From the NCBI GenBank assembly GCA_951406725.2, contig OX597822.1, forward strand, positions 66,836,001-66,900,000: a stretch of DNA of 64,000 nucleotides, in the 5' to 3' direction. The notes beneath the pieces were generated by a model. The model was not told the origin of the DNA, searched no databases, and saw nothing but the letters and a program-made list of their open reading frames with translations. The position numbers and the translations under genes were made by a program. Shown here in pieces: positions 41,643 to 55,254 of the stretch (position 1 is the stretch's first letter; each line of letters starts with the position of its first letter). Origin of the DNA: Octopus vulgaris. Taxonomy: Eukaryota.

Positions 41643-42029
41643 GTGCTTTATTCATCACGTGACAGGGAATATTGTCTCCTATGGCATTCTGTAACAATAT
41701 GTGATGAGGGGAAAATTTATGAATAAATTCCAGTGGAAGATTTTACTTTTTTTTGATACTTAACATTTATTTGGTGTATAAAATTTTTGTATAAATAATA
41801 GTTTCTTATTTTACACACTCATTTTTACCACTTTAACAGAATTATATTTGATAAGTGCAGGCTGACATATTACTATATTGAGTTAGCATCTCTCGAGGAC
41901 ATTCATATTTTCTTTATAAATGAGAGCGAACAGGTCACACCGTTGCGCACCATGGTGTATGTTTGTTTATATGCGTGTATGAATATTTATACAGAGAGGA
42001 AGGATTAGAAATACACTGATGCACATAAT

Positions 42030-42460
<431 letters not shown>

Positions 42461-42614
42461 CTTCACTCTTCTTTTATATTAATCTTTTTTTACTCTTTGC
42501 TTCTGTCTGTCTCTCACCCGTTTTTCTTTTTTTCTTTTTCTATCTTATTTTCTCTTCCTGTTTTAGGTTTGACCTTTCTCCTCTTTCTGATCATACACAT
42601 TTCTCCTCCCTCCA

Positions 42615-43526
42615 TCTATCTATTGTCTTGCCAGAGAATTGGCCGGTCTCTATTGTCCAATTTCGGTTGTTCACCCATCATTTCATCCGACTGGCTGATG
42701 TATACGTCCGTTGTAAATGACTCACCAGGTCTCATGAAGATGTAGTGGATGACAGCATCGCTGGACCGCCAAACATACGCCATGAGCTTAGCTTTTTTTT
42801 TTTGATGAAAATTTTTTTGGGGATTGTGTTGTGGCACTTCGCCTCTACCCACTACCGTGCAGAACGTTTGCTATGTTTAAAAAATAATCTATTTTTCATC
42901 ACACGTCGAAATACGATGCAAGAACGTTTCGCTTTTATAGCGTGACAGCAAAAAACAGCAAGTTTCAAGACGACGTATCATATGATGCTCGATCAGTTCG
43001 TGTGATGCCCACTTGTCCAGCTTCTTTACTTCGCCGATCTGTTTCAGGTGGTCCAATACAGTTGGAATCGAAATATCAAACTTCACTTCTAACTCACGCG
43101 TAGTTTCAGATGTATCCGCTTCCACTACAGCTTCTAGCTCATCATTATCCGCCTTGGTCTCAGGTCTACCAAGGGGATGATTTTCCAGAGTAAATTCCGG
43201 AGACCAAAGCTTCTCAAACCATCGACGTTCAGTGCGCTCATTTGCCATATCTTCACCAAATACTCATTGATGTTTCGAGCTGTCTCGGATGCATTGGTTC
43301 CCACGACGGAACTCATATTCATGAACAGCACAATCTTTTTTAATCTATCCATGGGTTCCCAAAAATTCATTTACAAGAGAAAACTCACAATATAATCAGA
43401 CACCAAAAAACTGCATTTCGAAAAGTGATGAGGTAACTCTTCAATGTTTTAAAACAAAGAATTGTCAGGATAAAACGACTATCAAACTTAGTGCATAAGG
43501 AAATCGGACATTTCATAGTTAATAAC

Positions 43527-43530
<4 letters not shown>
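42615..43530 (-). mobile_element. 3'-truncated mariner element
   Basis: GTNASETARNINE, ERTERRWFEK, GRP, KKLDKWASHEL (WVPHEL), TCDEK, ILWQDN. TIR TA-TCAGGTTATTAACTATGAAATGTCCGATT at 43530. Confidence 0.9.
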
Positions 43531-43565
<35 letters not shown>

Positions 43566-44455
43566 AGAGAGAGAGGGGCTGGACAAAATAATGGAAACAA
43601 CTTAAAATTTCAAATTTTAAGTTGTTTAATTTATATTAATATGGTATAGGACTTCCTTTGGCAGTAATTAAAGCTTGAATTCTACGAGGTATGGACTCGT
43701 ACAAAGTTTGAATTGTTTCCAAGGGAATTTTTGTCCATCCTTCAACTAAAACTGTCTCCAGTTCTTGTAGTGATGATGGTGCAGGATATCGACTCCTTAC
43801 CTGTTTTTCTAAAATGTAACATAAATATTCAATAATATTGAGACCTGGAGACTTTGGTGGCTAGATAAGATGTTCAACTTCACTACAATGTTCCTTATGC
43901 CATTCAGTAACAAATTTATCTGTGTGAATTCGTGCATTATCATCCTGAAAGATTTCATCCCCCTTCCGCCGCAAACAGTTCCGCAAACATAGGATGAATT
44001 TGGTCAGATAAAATGCTTAAATAATCTTGTCTATCAATTCTGTCATGAAGGGAAACCATTGGGCCGGCGGATTTCCAAGATATAGTCTCCCAGATCATCA
44101 CAGATCCTCCACCATGTTTAACAGTTGGAAGACGACAGCCTGTGTCAAATGCTTCTTTTGGCTGTTTCCACACGTATACTCGGCCGGTGGTCGGATATAA
44201 GGTAAAGGATGACTCGTTCAAGAAAATAACATTCTTCCACTGCACTAGAGACCAATTCTGTCGGTTTTTACTCCATTCTAAACGCTTTGCAACGTTTGTT
44301 TCTGAAAGTAGTGGTTTTCTGATTGCAGTCCCCCCGTGAAATCCGGCTTTGTTGATCTCCCGACGAACAGTCTTTATGGAAAGTGGGATCTCGAGGTGGT
44401 AATTAAGTTCTGTACTAATTTTGGGAGCTATAATTTTGTGATCCTTTTTAAAATT

Positions 44456-46767
44456 TGTACAACATCTTCCCGGTTCGGCCAGGCCCTTCTTGACGTGGCT
44501 GAAGATTGTTTTCTATCGCAACATGTTGAATATCCGACAAGGCATCGGTCTGGGCAGCAGCCATCTATGCTAGATCTGGTATTCTCCCGCTATCCAAGAT
44601 CAGTGTCAGACGTATCTGTGTGCGCCCCTCTTGCCAAGAGTGATCATGCGGTCCTGAAGTTCGTCATGCACACAACTTTTTCCACGCCCACGATTACTTC
44701 GCTGCCACGTAGAGTCTTCTCTGCAATTAATCTTGAAATTCTAACCGAGGCTTCCGCGCTTCTGGACTGGCGTTCCCTGATGACGTTGTCCTCAGTTGAC
44801 GAACTATGGTCATCCCTCAAAGCATATGTAATCTGTTTCACTGACCAGGCAGTTCCTGTTGGACTTCCCAAGAGGAAGAAACACAAGCCCTGGGTGACGA
44901 AGAAGGTTAAACGAGAACGTCGACTCAGAGATATTGCTTGGGCTGAATTCAAAAATCTGGATTCGACTGCAGCTTTTGAGGTGTACAAAACTCAACGAGA
45001 CCGAGCCGTGAAAATTGAAAAGAAAGAACGCTTCAGTTGGTAGACTCAACAGGCGTATCGATTGAGGACCCTTATCAACAGAGTCAATTTTTTGCCGAGG
45101 CTTTTTCAACTATTTTCAAACAAGATGATGGTCGTGAACCCCCTCCATTTGATAGATCGGTACCTCCAATGCTTCGATTGATCATCACGCGGGACCAAGT
45201 CAAACGTGTTATTCAAGGCCTCGATGTCAACAAGGGTCACGGCCCTGACGGCATACACCCACGGGTTATCAAAGCGTTGGCTCCGGTCATCTGCGAGCCC
45301 TTAACACGACTATTCAATATGTCATTGGCGACGGGTGTTATACTTGCAGACTGGAGAACAGCGATAATCTGCCCAATTTTCAAGAAAGGGAGCCGCGAAG
45401 ACCCGCTTAACTACCGACCGGTTTCCCTTACATCAATAATCAGCAAGATGTTCGAAACCATCCTTAAGAAAAGTATGATGCTCCACCTCCTAAACACAGC
45501 CTCGATCACTGATTCCCAACACGGCTTCGTGCCGAAGAGATCATGCTTGACCAACTTACTAGTAATGGAAGAATTGGTGACGCGCATCCTCGATGATAGT
45601 GATGCTGTTGACATCGTTTTATTGGACTTTGCCAAAGCTTTTGACTCGGTAAACCACCGCCTACTACTTGTCAAGCTTCAAGCATATAGTTTCCATCCGG
45701 ATATTGTACGATGGGTTGGTGCCTTCCTCTCAGATCGCTCCTTCCAAGTTCAAGTTAATGGTTCGCGGTCCGACGTCTCCAGTGCGAGCAGTGGCGTGCC
45801 TCAAGGTTCAGTGCTTGGGCCCTTGTTGTTCTTAGTCTTCATAAATGACTTGCCCGACGACCTCACGCAACACACCCTTCTATTTGCCGACGATATCAAA
45901 CTGGTCGCTCCTCGCGGTAGTATAGAGGATCTTCGTCGATGCCTCCACCAAATTTGGAAGTGGTCTAACGATTGGGACCTGTGTCTGAACGTGTCAAAGT
46001 GCTGTCATCTGCCTGTCGGCTCTACTCCTGCAACTCAACTTGATTTCGAGCCGGGTCGTCTGCTGCTGGAGAGGACCGATCAGGTAAAGGACCTGGGTAT
46101 CTTGGTGGATTCCTCCTTTTCGCCTTCGGCCCAGTGCGTCCATGCTGCCAACAAAGCGCGCGGAATTCTGTTTTTGATTCGACGGTCATTCGGAATGCTC
46201 ACAGCAGCCATATTCCTGCCACTCTATGTCACGCTGGTGAGACCCATATTGGAGTATGGGATTCAAGCCTCTTCTCCTTATCTCCTCAAAGACATACAGC
46301 ACCTCGAAAGAGTCCAGAGGCTGGCTACCCGCATGGTTCATGGTCTCAAAAATGTGTCCTACGAAGAAAGGCTGAGGACGCTCGACCTTTGTTCTCTTGA
46401 AAAACGCCGCCGCCGTGGTGATCTCATTCTCGCCCACAACATCATAAGCGGGAAGTGTAACCTCTCGAAAGAGCTGTTCTTCACTCCTGCTCCGGAGCGT
46501 CGGCTGCGGGGTCATTCCGAAAAGCTCTACCTGCGACGATTTCATCTCAATCGAAGGAGAGGAGCTTTCTCCGTCCGGGTTGCGGATCCGTGGAACAAGC
46601 TGCCAGACGAGATGGTGAAGATGCCGACGACCGCTTTGTTCAAAGCCTCCCTGGACCTCAAGTGGCCTGAACTCTTTACATGAACACCACCCTGTACTTA
46701 ACTCCATGTCCCCCTACATGGCCTTGCTATTTGCTTTTGAGCCAAATTAACTAACTAACTAACTAAC
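44456..46767 (+). mobile_element. 5'-truncated CR1-group LINE (family 2) with (AACT)n tail and 7-bp TSD
   Basis: TSD TAAAATT at 44449-44455 and 46768-46774. APE end (QHVEYPTR, LDLVF, SDH) and RT; frame break near 45040. Confidence 0.95.
45037..46683 (+). CDS. Reverse transcriptase portion of LINE ORF2 (548 aa open)
   Basis: GPDGIHP, NYRPVSLTS, QHGF, LDFAKAFDSVNH, SGVPQGSVLGPLLF, LFADD, VRPILEY, LEKRRRRGDLI. Confidence 0.85.
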   Translation: MVDSTGVSIEDPYQQSQFFAEAFSTIFKQDDGREPPPFDRSVPPMLRLIITRDQVKRVIQGLDVNKGHGPDGIHPRVIKALAPVICEPLTRLFNMSLATGVILADWRTAIICPIFKKGSREDPLNYRPVSLTSIISKMFETILKKSMMLHLLNTASITDSQHGFVPKRSCLTNLLVMEELVTRILDDSDAVDIVLLDFAKAFDSVNHRLLLVKLQAYSFHPDIVRWVGAFLSDRSFQVQVNGSRSDVSSASSGVPQGSVLGPLLFLVFINDLPDDLTQHTLLFADDIKLVAPRGSIEDLRRCLHQIWKWSNDWDLCLNVSKCCHLPVGSTPATQLDFEPGRLLLERTDQVKDLGILVDSSFSPSAQCVHAANKARGILFLIRRSFGMLTAAIFLPLYVTLVRPILEYGIQASSPYLLKDIQHLERVQRLATRMVHGLKNVSYEERLRTLDLCSLEKRRRRGDLILAHNIISGKCNLSKELFFTPAPERRLRGHSEKLYLRRFHLNRRRGAFSVRVADPWNKLPDEMVKMPTTALFKASLDLKWPELFT

Positions 46768-47187
46768 TAAAATTCGCGTAAATGTCCGACGGTCCCTATC
46801 TGAAAATTTTGTTTTTTTCCGGAGTTTTGTTTCGACAAGGAGGTTGTACCCACTTTCTCAAAGGCTGTCATTACTTTCGAGACAGTAATTCTTTATGCAC
46901 CAAACATTTCGACTGATTTCGTTACGCTAGCGCCTGCCATGCGAGCACAAACAATTTGACCTTTATGTAAGTCCGATAGATCTGTCACTTTAATGAATTT
47001 TAATTAACTTTTCCGGATGATATCTGAAAAGAAACAGCAATTTTAGCAAAACATATTAAACAGCACTAATAATAAATCAGAAATCATAAAAATAAGCAAG
47101 CTTTTGACGGTTTTATAGATGTTGCAAAATTTTGATGCTATGATGCTAGGTGTTTCTATTATTTTGTTCAACCCCTGTATGTGATGT

Positions 47188-47247
<60 letters not shown>

Positions 47248-47690
47248 TCTGCGCTGGTGTGCGTTTTTCTGCGTGCATGTTTGTATGTATCTTTTTATTT
47301 GTAGTTGCATATGTGTGTTTATGCCAATGTCTGTGGTATTATGTTACCGGTTGAAAACAACTGTATTATTTCACAAAGGTAACTTTGAACCACAACAATA
47401 TACGGATCGATAAAATCAGTACCAGACTGAAATAAATATCGGAGTCGATATGTTAGATTAAACTTTCTTAAAACCGTGTCACATTTACTGATTTTAGTCA
47501 TTAGACCGAAACCAATGAGTGAATTACAAAATAGACAATATATACAGATATTCAAACAATTTCTATTCATACGTTATATATTTTCGCATTGCCTGAATAA
47601 AACTTATGAGTAAATTTAATAAAACATACTCGGTGTTATTAAGATTTTTGCCGCACAATTTTGCAGATTGCATTATTATATAACAATTCC

Positions 47691-48310
47691 AGGCGATGAA
47701 TTGGCAACATCGTTCGAATTCCTCCGAGTTTAACTTCACTTTTCATCCTTTCGGAGAGGGGAAAATCTCTACTAGTCAAGCACTGGGGTCGATGAAGTCC
47801 ACTAGCAAGTCCTTCAAAATATCAGGCTTTTTGCCTACAGTAGAAATATTTATGAATCAATTGAAGGTGAGCAGGCAGAATCGTTAGTGCACATCGAACA
47901 AAAGCGTTCTGTTGTCCTTAGGCTCTTTACATTCTGAATTCAAATTCCACCAAGATTGACTGTACCGTTCATCATTTTCGAGTCGATAAAATACGTACAA
48001 GTGAAGCACAAGTGGGGACCAAGTCAACTGGCTCCTGCCCCCGAAAATTCCAGGCCTTGTTCTTGTACAAGAAATTATTGCTATAAAACAATCGAAAGCG
48101 GGAGCTGGCGGAACCATTAGCACTTCGGACATAACGCTTACTGACATTTCTTCCGTTTCTTTATTCTTTTTAGTTCAAATTCGGCCGAAGTAGGCTTTGC
48201 CTTTCATCATTTCAGTAAACACGGAATAATTGTGAATTAAATAGTGGCTACGATCTAATCGACTCGCACATTCTTCCTAAATGTGATGGTCATGTGCCAA
48301 AATTTTAAAC
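47691..48310 (+). mobile_element. Three old, degraded SINE family B copies in tandem (~47691-47850, 47865-48075, 48096-48310)
   Basis: Repeated GGCG(A/G)GCTGGC heads, TTCAAATTC, CTTTCATC and GGCCTTGT tails. Confidence 0.75.
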
Positions 48311-49046
48311 AATATCTATAAATCAATTGCATTTTCTGTGATATTAAGATCGACATTATTTGCAAAAGATCAGATTATATTTAATTATTCTTGATTAATT
48401 ACTGTAGGTTCCCTTGTCTTCCGTGATAGAATTAATTATTTATATAATTATATTTTCTCATCAATGACCCTGTAATTATGGTTTATTAATATTTCTTGTC
48501 TTATAGCAAATATATTATGATTTGTATACTGAGACATTTGCCGATGCACTGTTGGTCCTAACAATATTGTATATTTGATTTGTACATTCCGATAAAATAC
48601 TCTCGACAGCTTCATTGTAACAAAAGTTGCATCACATGGAAAACATTTCTTCACAAAAAGTTACAAATATGCTGACATAAAGAAATATTGAGATAATGTT
48701 TTTTGTTTGTCAAAAAAAGTAAAGAAATAAACGAAAAGTAATATATTTATTTACTGTGTGAAAAAGCTACGCAAAATCGAAAACGAAGGATGGCAAAGTT
48801 TGTAAATTTTCACTAATATCATCCGTATTCAGTTACAACAGTAACCATAACAGGAATATCTTTGCAAACTATCAGAAATTTCTGCAAGCTGATACTGTCT
48901 TAATCGCACTCTCTCGCTCTCTCCCTCTCCCCCTCTTTCTCTCTCCTTCTCTTTCCTTCTCTCTGTTTGTCTCTTACTCTCCATAGATTGGTGTATTTAT
49001 ATTTTTCTCCTTCTGAATTAGCAACCTTGTTTTGTTTTGTTTTTTT

Positions 49047-49092
<46 letters not shown>

Positions 49093-50574
49093 GTGCATTC
49101 AACCCCTCACTTTGTCTTCATTTGCTCTCTCCATCTCTTCGCCTCTTTTATAGTTAATCTTACAGATATTTATATTTACAGTTATGCATACATATATGTG
49201 TCATGTATGCATACACACACACACATATATATATATATATGTGTGTATGCACACACACGCGCACACACACACTCTCTCACCCACACGCACCTATATAATC
49301 ATCTAAAATATTCATCGAGATTCACTATTGTTCCACCACGACCGCTAAGTTAATCTGACAGTTATGTCAGTTCTACTTTGTACTAACAAAAGATTTCCCA
49401 AATCTGTCACCTACCACATACCTGCCAATCACCCCACCCCTATTCTAGCACTAGATTACACAGACAATTATTAATCCTATCATTCCAGCGTACACCATAG
49501 ATGAAGACTGGTTTTCGTAATGCAGTGTGGACTCGATTGCTCCACGTGATCTGTTAACTAGCGAGTGTGTAACGCAAACAAATATTTGTACCTCGTTATA
49601 TAATCACAGTCTCCATTACTTTTGTGGCCATGTTCGTTTTTAGCATCTAGTAGTTGAGAGTCTTTTTTCATTAACTTCAACATCTACTATATTAATATAC
49701 GCCTACGTCGTCTCCCTCTTCATATATTGAACAAAAGAATATGAATAATTTCCTTTACCTAATCTCTATGTATCCTTCTAAATTCATTAATCGATATTTT
49801 TAATCAATGGATATCGACTGATGTCGTGATCAAGCCATTTTACTCGGAAACCATTTTTACCGGCATTAATTTATATTGGATTTTGCAAAAGAAAAATCAG
49901 AAAATTATGTAACTGTTATATATTGGATAAAAGTTTTTACCTCCCTACTTGCATTATAATCAATTGCCGAATTGCTATCCTAAACAGAAATAGGGTTAAT
50001 TCTCTACCGGGATATCTTTATAGAATTATCGATCGCACCTCTTCAATGTTCCTATACGCTGTTGCAAATTTTTATCTAAACTGACAGTCGATGTTTCACC
50101 TTAAACTCAGTTTCTTCGATATATGGTCTCTACTACAGTGAGATTTAGATACATCTTAACGATTATTCTGATGAGTCAGCTTTTTGTATTTTGCCAACTT
50201 AGCAAACGCAGTATTTCGTTTGTCCGATCGGAATAGATAAATGAAATAAATGCTAATCATTTTTTCTTTTCTTTTTAGTTTTGTATGGATTCAAGTATAT
50301 ACTTATCCGTTTCTATCTGTGTCATTTACTCCAAGATTACTGTACGTATCAAAATAAATATACTCCAATGCAGATATGTCTGTTTAATCAGATGCCAATA
50401 TAGTTGAAACATGTGTGAACAACTTCCGTACAATATTCTATTTATTTCTTCTGTATAGTAATTTGTGAGAGGTAATTTTATAGGTCACAAGTATGCAGCG
50501 TAACTATCGTTGTTTCTTAAATTTCTAAGTTTTTGTCTAATATGAGAAAGGCGATATCGATCATTAAAGCATTA

Positions 50575-50792
50575 CGAGTGGGTATTGAAGAGTTCTTGAT
50601 TTTAAGGGTACCTTGAATGGCCTGGATGAAGGCCCAACCTTCCAAATTCTTTTCACCGGGTTTAGAAATCTGAAAACTGGTTGCAATATGTGTTTAAGTC
50701 TGAGAGGGGAATATATTCAGTTCAGTCGTAATTTAATGATCTTCTTGTATTTTGTTTTACCTAAAGCCAGGAAATTTTGCAGGACCTCCTCG
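50575..50792 (+). mobile_element. Mariner-derived MITE / internal deletion derivative
   Basis: TA-CGAGTGGGTATTGAAGAGTTCTTGATTTTA ... TAAAGCCAGGAAATTTTGCAGGACCTCCTCG-TA. Retains a mariner C-terminus-like CLSLRGEYI. Confidence 0.8.
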
Positions 50793-52704
50793 TATATTTT
50801 TGGCTTCCTCGGGATATATATTTCACCAATACACATCGATGATAATATAGACACACAGGCGTACAGACTATGCTTCTTGAATGAATCTTAGCTTTCACTT
50901 AAAAAGCAAGGACAAATCAGAAGCATATTCCTAAGCATGAAAATATTATATATTTGAGTATATGTTTTGTAATTACTACTAATAATGAATTTAATAGTAC
51001 AAACTTTAGTTCAAACTTTGGATAAATGTTAAGAAATATTTTTTATCATTTCTGTGAGATCATATAAGAGTATGAAGCCATCTAACATGCATTGGATCAT
51101 AGTTATGATGTCTTTGTCATAGAGCTGACTACAACCGGTATGCCCGCAGAGAAGTGTAAATTATAGCTCTTTCTCTATTGATCAGAAATCTTGAAATAAA
51201 ACTGAATAACGACATACAAACAAACTCACATAGATACACATACATACATACATACATACATACAACTTCCAGTTCTGCATCATTAATCGAATTGCTTTAC
51301 ACTCTGACACCACCTTCCTTGTACGCAAGCAGAAAGCATGTAGATATATCCCCAAAGGAACTCTTGACAAAAGCTGTGATTTATTTTAGTTGTTGGAACG
51401 ACGATGCTAAATCATATAACTGCCACTGCCTGATTCCTGAGGCAGATGGCGAGGCAGAATTATTTCCGCAAACGCTGGACTCTAGTTAATAAAGCCGAAA
51501 TCTACTGTGTTGAGGAAATTTGGCCCTTGGCATGTCTATGAAACCCTATAAATGCGGAAAGTGGTTGTTATAAGTATAGGAACCTATGCCATGAAGATCT
51601 GCACCAGGTTTATAAATTCGTATGTTGTTACCTTTGAGAGCGTATAGAACCCCAATTAGATTTAAAAAGTAACTCACTCCAGGTCCTTACAGTAGCATCT
51701 CTTTTGAGTATGCCTCAAATAAGGGATAATGTTTCCTTGTAACATACCTCCCTAAAGCGTAGTACATTTCTGGTAGACGACCAACATAAAACAACAAACT
51801 CAGATTAACAGTGCTATAAGTATCTTTATTTTGAGACATTCAAATTTATCCAATTCTTTTTTATTTGATAAAGTGCAAACAATTGTTGTGTCTGCTTCCT
51901 AAAATATATTAATTTTCATGATGTTTATTTTATTTTATATTAAGTTACCTCTTTCTACAGATTTTTTTGTGGGAAATCGCAGTGTCATTATTTTCATTTT
52001 ATTTTTATTTTGCTCTTTTTTACATGAGGTGTAACTGTTTTAACCTCGTTTGCTGATAACATCTATTTCTGCTCTGCAAAAATAAGTCATATGAAATTTC
52101 TAGTAAACAACATTTATTTTCTTTCGGAAAAATATTACAAATGACTACAATAAAAAGCGTCTTCCACCTCACGCAAAGCAGCAGACGCCAAGATTTTTGG
52201 AACTCTCTTTTTTATCAAGATTAAAGAAAATCATATCCATCACGAAATGGCCATTCGAAAATTCAAATTTACGCCAAGTTATCTCGAACAAATCTGTAAT
52301 CTTCAACATAACGACAATAGCAGCAACAACAACGGCAATAATTAAATTAATAACGTATCTACTACATGCGCAAGACTTGAAAGTCGGGTGTAGGTAGGCA
52401 AGTCGATTACAACGAACTCAGTAGCTAACTGGTACTTATTTCATCGGTCAATAATGACAGTTAAACGGGTAACTGCTCTCATAGTAGATTAATTAATTAG
52501 CTTTTTGGAGAAGAGAGAAAGAGAAAAGCAAATGGATCAGAGAAATTAATCAAGGGGGCTTGCTTATCTGCTGTGTATCTGTAGCATAATATCCATAGAT
52601 CGCATAAGAAAGAACGTAGATAACGGCTTCATAGACTATAAGGCGTACCAAAATATACTACACTGTTGACTTTGATTGGGGGCCACCAGTTTCCAGGTGG
52701 ATAT

Positions 52705-53045
52705 TCTTTTCTACTCAAGGCACAAGGGCCGAAATTTGGGGGGAGGGAGCCAGTCGATTAGATCGGTCCCAGGACACAACTGGTACTGAATTTATGGACC
52801 CCGAAAGGATGACAGGCAAAGTCGACCTCGGCTTTGAACTCAGAACGTAACGATAGACGAAATACCTATTTCTTTATTACCCAGAAGAGACTAAACATAG
52901 AGGAGACAAACAAGGACAGACAAACGGATTAAGTCGATTATATCGACCCCAGTGCGTAACTAGTACTTACTTAATCGACGGCGAAAGGATGAAAGTCAAA
53001 GTCGACCTCGGCGGAATTTGAACTCAGAGCGTAGCGGCAAGCGAA
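52705..53045 (-). mobile_element. SINE family B dimer
   Basis: Two Nin-like domains joined at GACGAAATACC|TATTTCTTT (52866/52867). Confidence 0.9.
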
Positions 53046-53479
53046 ACATTAAAACTTAAAATGTCGACAAATTAGTCCGAAAGTAAACTGAAAATTGTCC
53101 AGATCCATTATGACATTCCGTGACCACATGTGTCTTTGAATCCATATCAGGTAAACGGAAAATTTAAACTATTCAACTATTCAGATTTTCCTCAATTCCG
53201 TCCAAAGTAGTATACATTAATGACGCAGATTTGAAGATATTAGTTGTGAAGAAATGGGTGCAACGGCGCGCAAACGTTTGCGATTTATTTTTCTTCGAAA
53301 TGGATTCTTCGATGCGGCAGATGCATCACTTTTGTTGGAGACTATGTTGAGCTATACCTTTCGATAGAAACAGCCTTTCTCTAACAACTTGTGCACGTTT
53401 AAGCGAACTATGCTAGTTCCTTCAAAAAATAATTACCCACCTTTTATTACTCTTGATATTATCCACGTCTTAATCAAAA

Positions 53480-53960
53480 TGATTTGAGAAGTGCGATACT
53501 GAAAATTGAAACTAGAGGATATTTATTGAGATACAATATTAAAGCCAGTTCATCTGAAAGCAGCAAATAGGCTCACAACGATGGACTATATACTAAATAA
53601 CTGAAGTATATTTTGGGTTAAGGGGCACACAGTTAAGGATATGCTACTTCAAACGACGATCTTGCCCAGAATGATATACGAAGATATTGTTACCAAAAGC
53701 AACCAGGGTACACTGTGTCTCTTTATCAAAGTATCAGTTCAAAAGATCCGAAAACTGAGATAGCCAGAAGTAATTTGGGAAATATCAACTTAAAGACCTC
53801 AAAGAATAGGAGCTGCAATAAAAAGTGCAACTGTATTCTTGCAGACAATTTTAGAATATTCGGCCATGACCATAACGAAGTCACTAAGGGTTTACAAATA
53901 AGCATAGCATCAGAAAATAGCAATACTAGATACTGCATAGATCTTAAATAGATTATTGTC
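53480..53960 (+). mobile_element. Probable very decayed 3' end of an R4/Dong-clade (RLE) non-LTR retrotransposon
   Basis: KDPKTEIAR and QKIAILDTA*ILNR resemble KDLxxEIxR and QKxxLLGTAxILR; followed by (ACT)n/(AAT)n at 54060-54203. Confidence 0.45.
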
Positions 53961-54083
53961 AGTAGAATAGAAATAAATAAAACAGCATATACGGTGGGGG
54001 CCACAAAGCTGCGTTCTTTAATGCAGTGAAAGTACGCAATTATAATAATAGTGCTGCATACTACGACAGCAACAACAACAAGA

Positions 54084-54124
<41 letters not shown>

Positions 54125-55254
54125 AACTGCTGCTGCTGCTACTACTACTACTATTACTACTACTAATACTACTACTACGACGACGACTAATAATAATAAT
54201 AATGACGGGACTGATAATGTTTTTGATTATGCTAGCTATTCAGGTGAATGCAAGCTTGAGTGAATGTGTCTTTAGAGTAATATATAAATACATTGTATTG
54301 GAAGCTGCCTCATTCTTCTCATACGATTTAATAGAGCCTATTAAAATATATATAACAGCTAATGGGATTTTTTATTGCTTAAATATTTATAATATTACTA
54401 AATTAAATACCTTTCTTTCTGCCTTTCTTTCTTATTTATTTCCGTAGTTTTGTTCTTGTTTATTTTTGTCTTCTTTTAACGATATCCTCCCTCAGCTTCC
54501 ATTAGTGCAGATATTCAGTGATGGGAAGGGCTAAAAAGAAATCTGAAGATATTTAACAAAAAACTATATATGTGGTAAAAGATACATCATTCCACGGAGA
54601 TCGCGACTATAAATCTGAAATACTGTAATAGATACTGATTTATCTGTTGTGTAATTTAATTAAACCGGCGCTGTGGTTAGGCACCTATTTAACTAAAGAT
54701 CTAGGTTATCGGTTTTTCAATCAAGCTATAAGTTATTGGCGTATCTCATCTGTCGAAATGATGTGCGTTGCTGAAGATTTTTCTCTCAACTACCTTTATT
54801 GAATCAAAATCATTCAAATCTTGGAATAGACAATTCTGTTCTTGATTCATTCTCCATTCTCTCCTATGTTCTTCCTAATTGCGTAGCTTCACGTTTCCAA
54901 GTTAAGATTAGTATATAAAAGTTGTACTCTTAGCTAATATAAGCCAACGTTTTCCAATCTGCTGAGTAACATATTTTTCAGAGATTCTATCGAAAAATCT
55001 ACAATTATGAAAAGACTATAAAATTTTGTTGTAGATTGTGGAACTGATAGAAAGTTTTACTGCTAGTTTTAATGTTGATGTGAACGAATTCATTGCCATA
55101 CCGTTGATGAAATATCCTTTCTCTCGACCTAGTCTACATAGCTATGAATAATACCATAGAAAAAAGTGCTTCCTGTGGTGATGGTTAACGCGGCATGCGT
55201 GTAGTCGACGGTTAGTTTGCTAATTTAGGAAGTGAATTACCACGGTTCAGGAAA

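Larger units (their letters stand above)
43573..47177 (-). mobile_element. Tc1-like transposon with both TIRs, interrupted by a LINE
   Basis: TIRs (C/G)AGGGG(T/C)TG(A/G)ACAAAATAAT(A/G)GAAACA at 43573-43599 and 47151-47177. Motifs WKNVIFLNES, TVKHGGGSVMIW, FQDDNARIH, SPGLNIIE. Confidence 0.92.

Noticed and set aside
44336-44455. Start of ORF 44336-45043
   Set aside because: Antisense Tc1 sequence fused by chance in frame with the inserted LINE.
44455-44462. Palindrome TTGTACAA at the 5' junction of both family 2 LINE copies (also 29541-29548)
   Set aside because: Only two cases; inside the TSD-bounded insert in one and probably flanking DNA in the other, so chance cannot be excluded.
50168-50210. 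CTGATGAG motifs at 50168 and 35086 as hammerheads
   Set aside because: No stem II / GAAA / stem I partners found.
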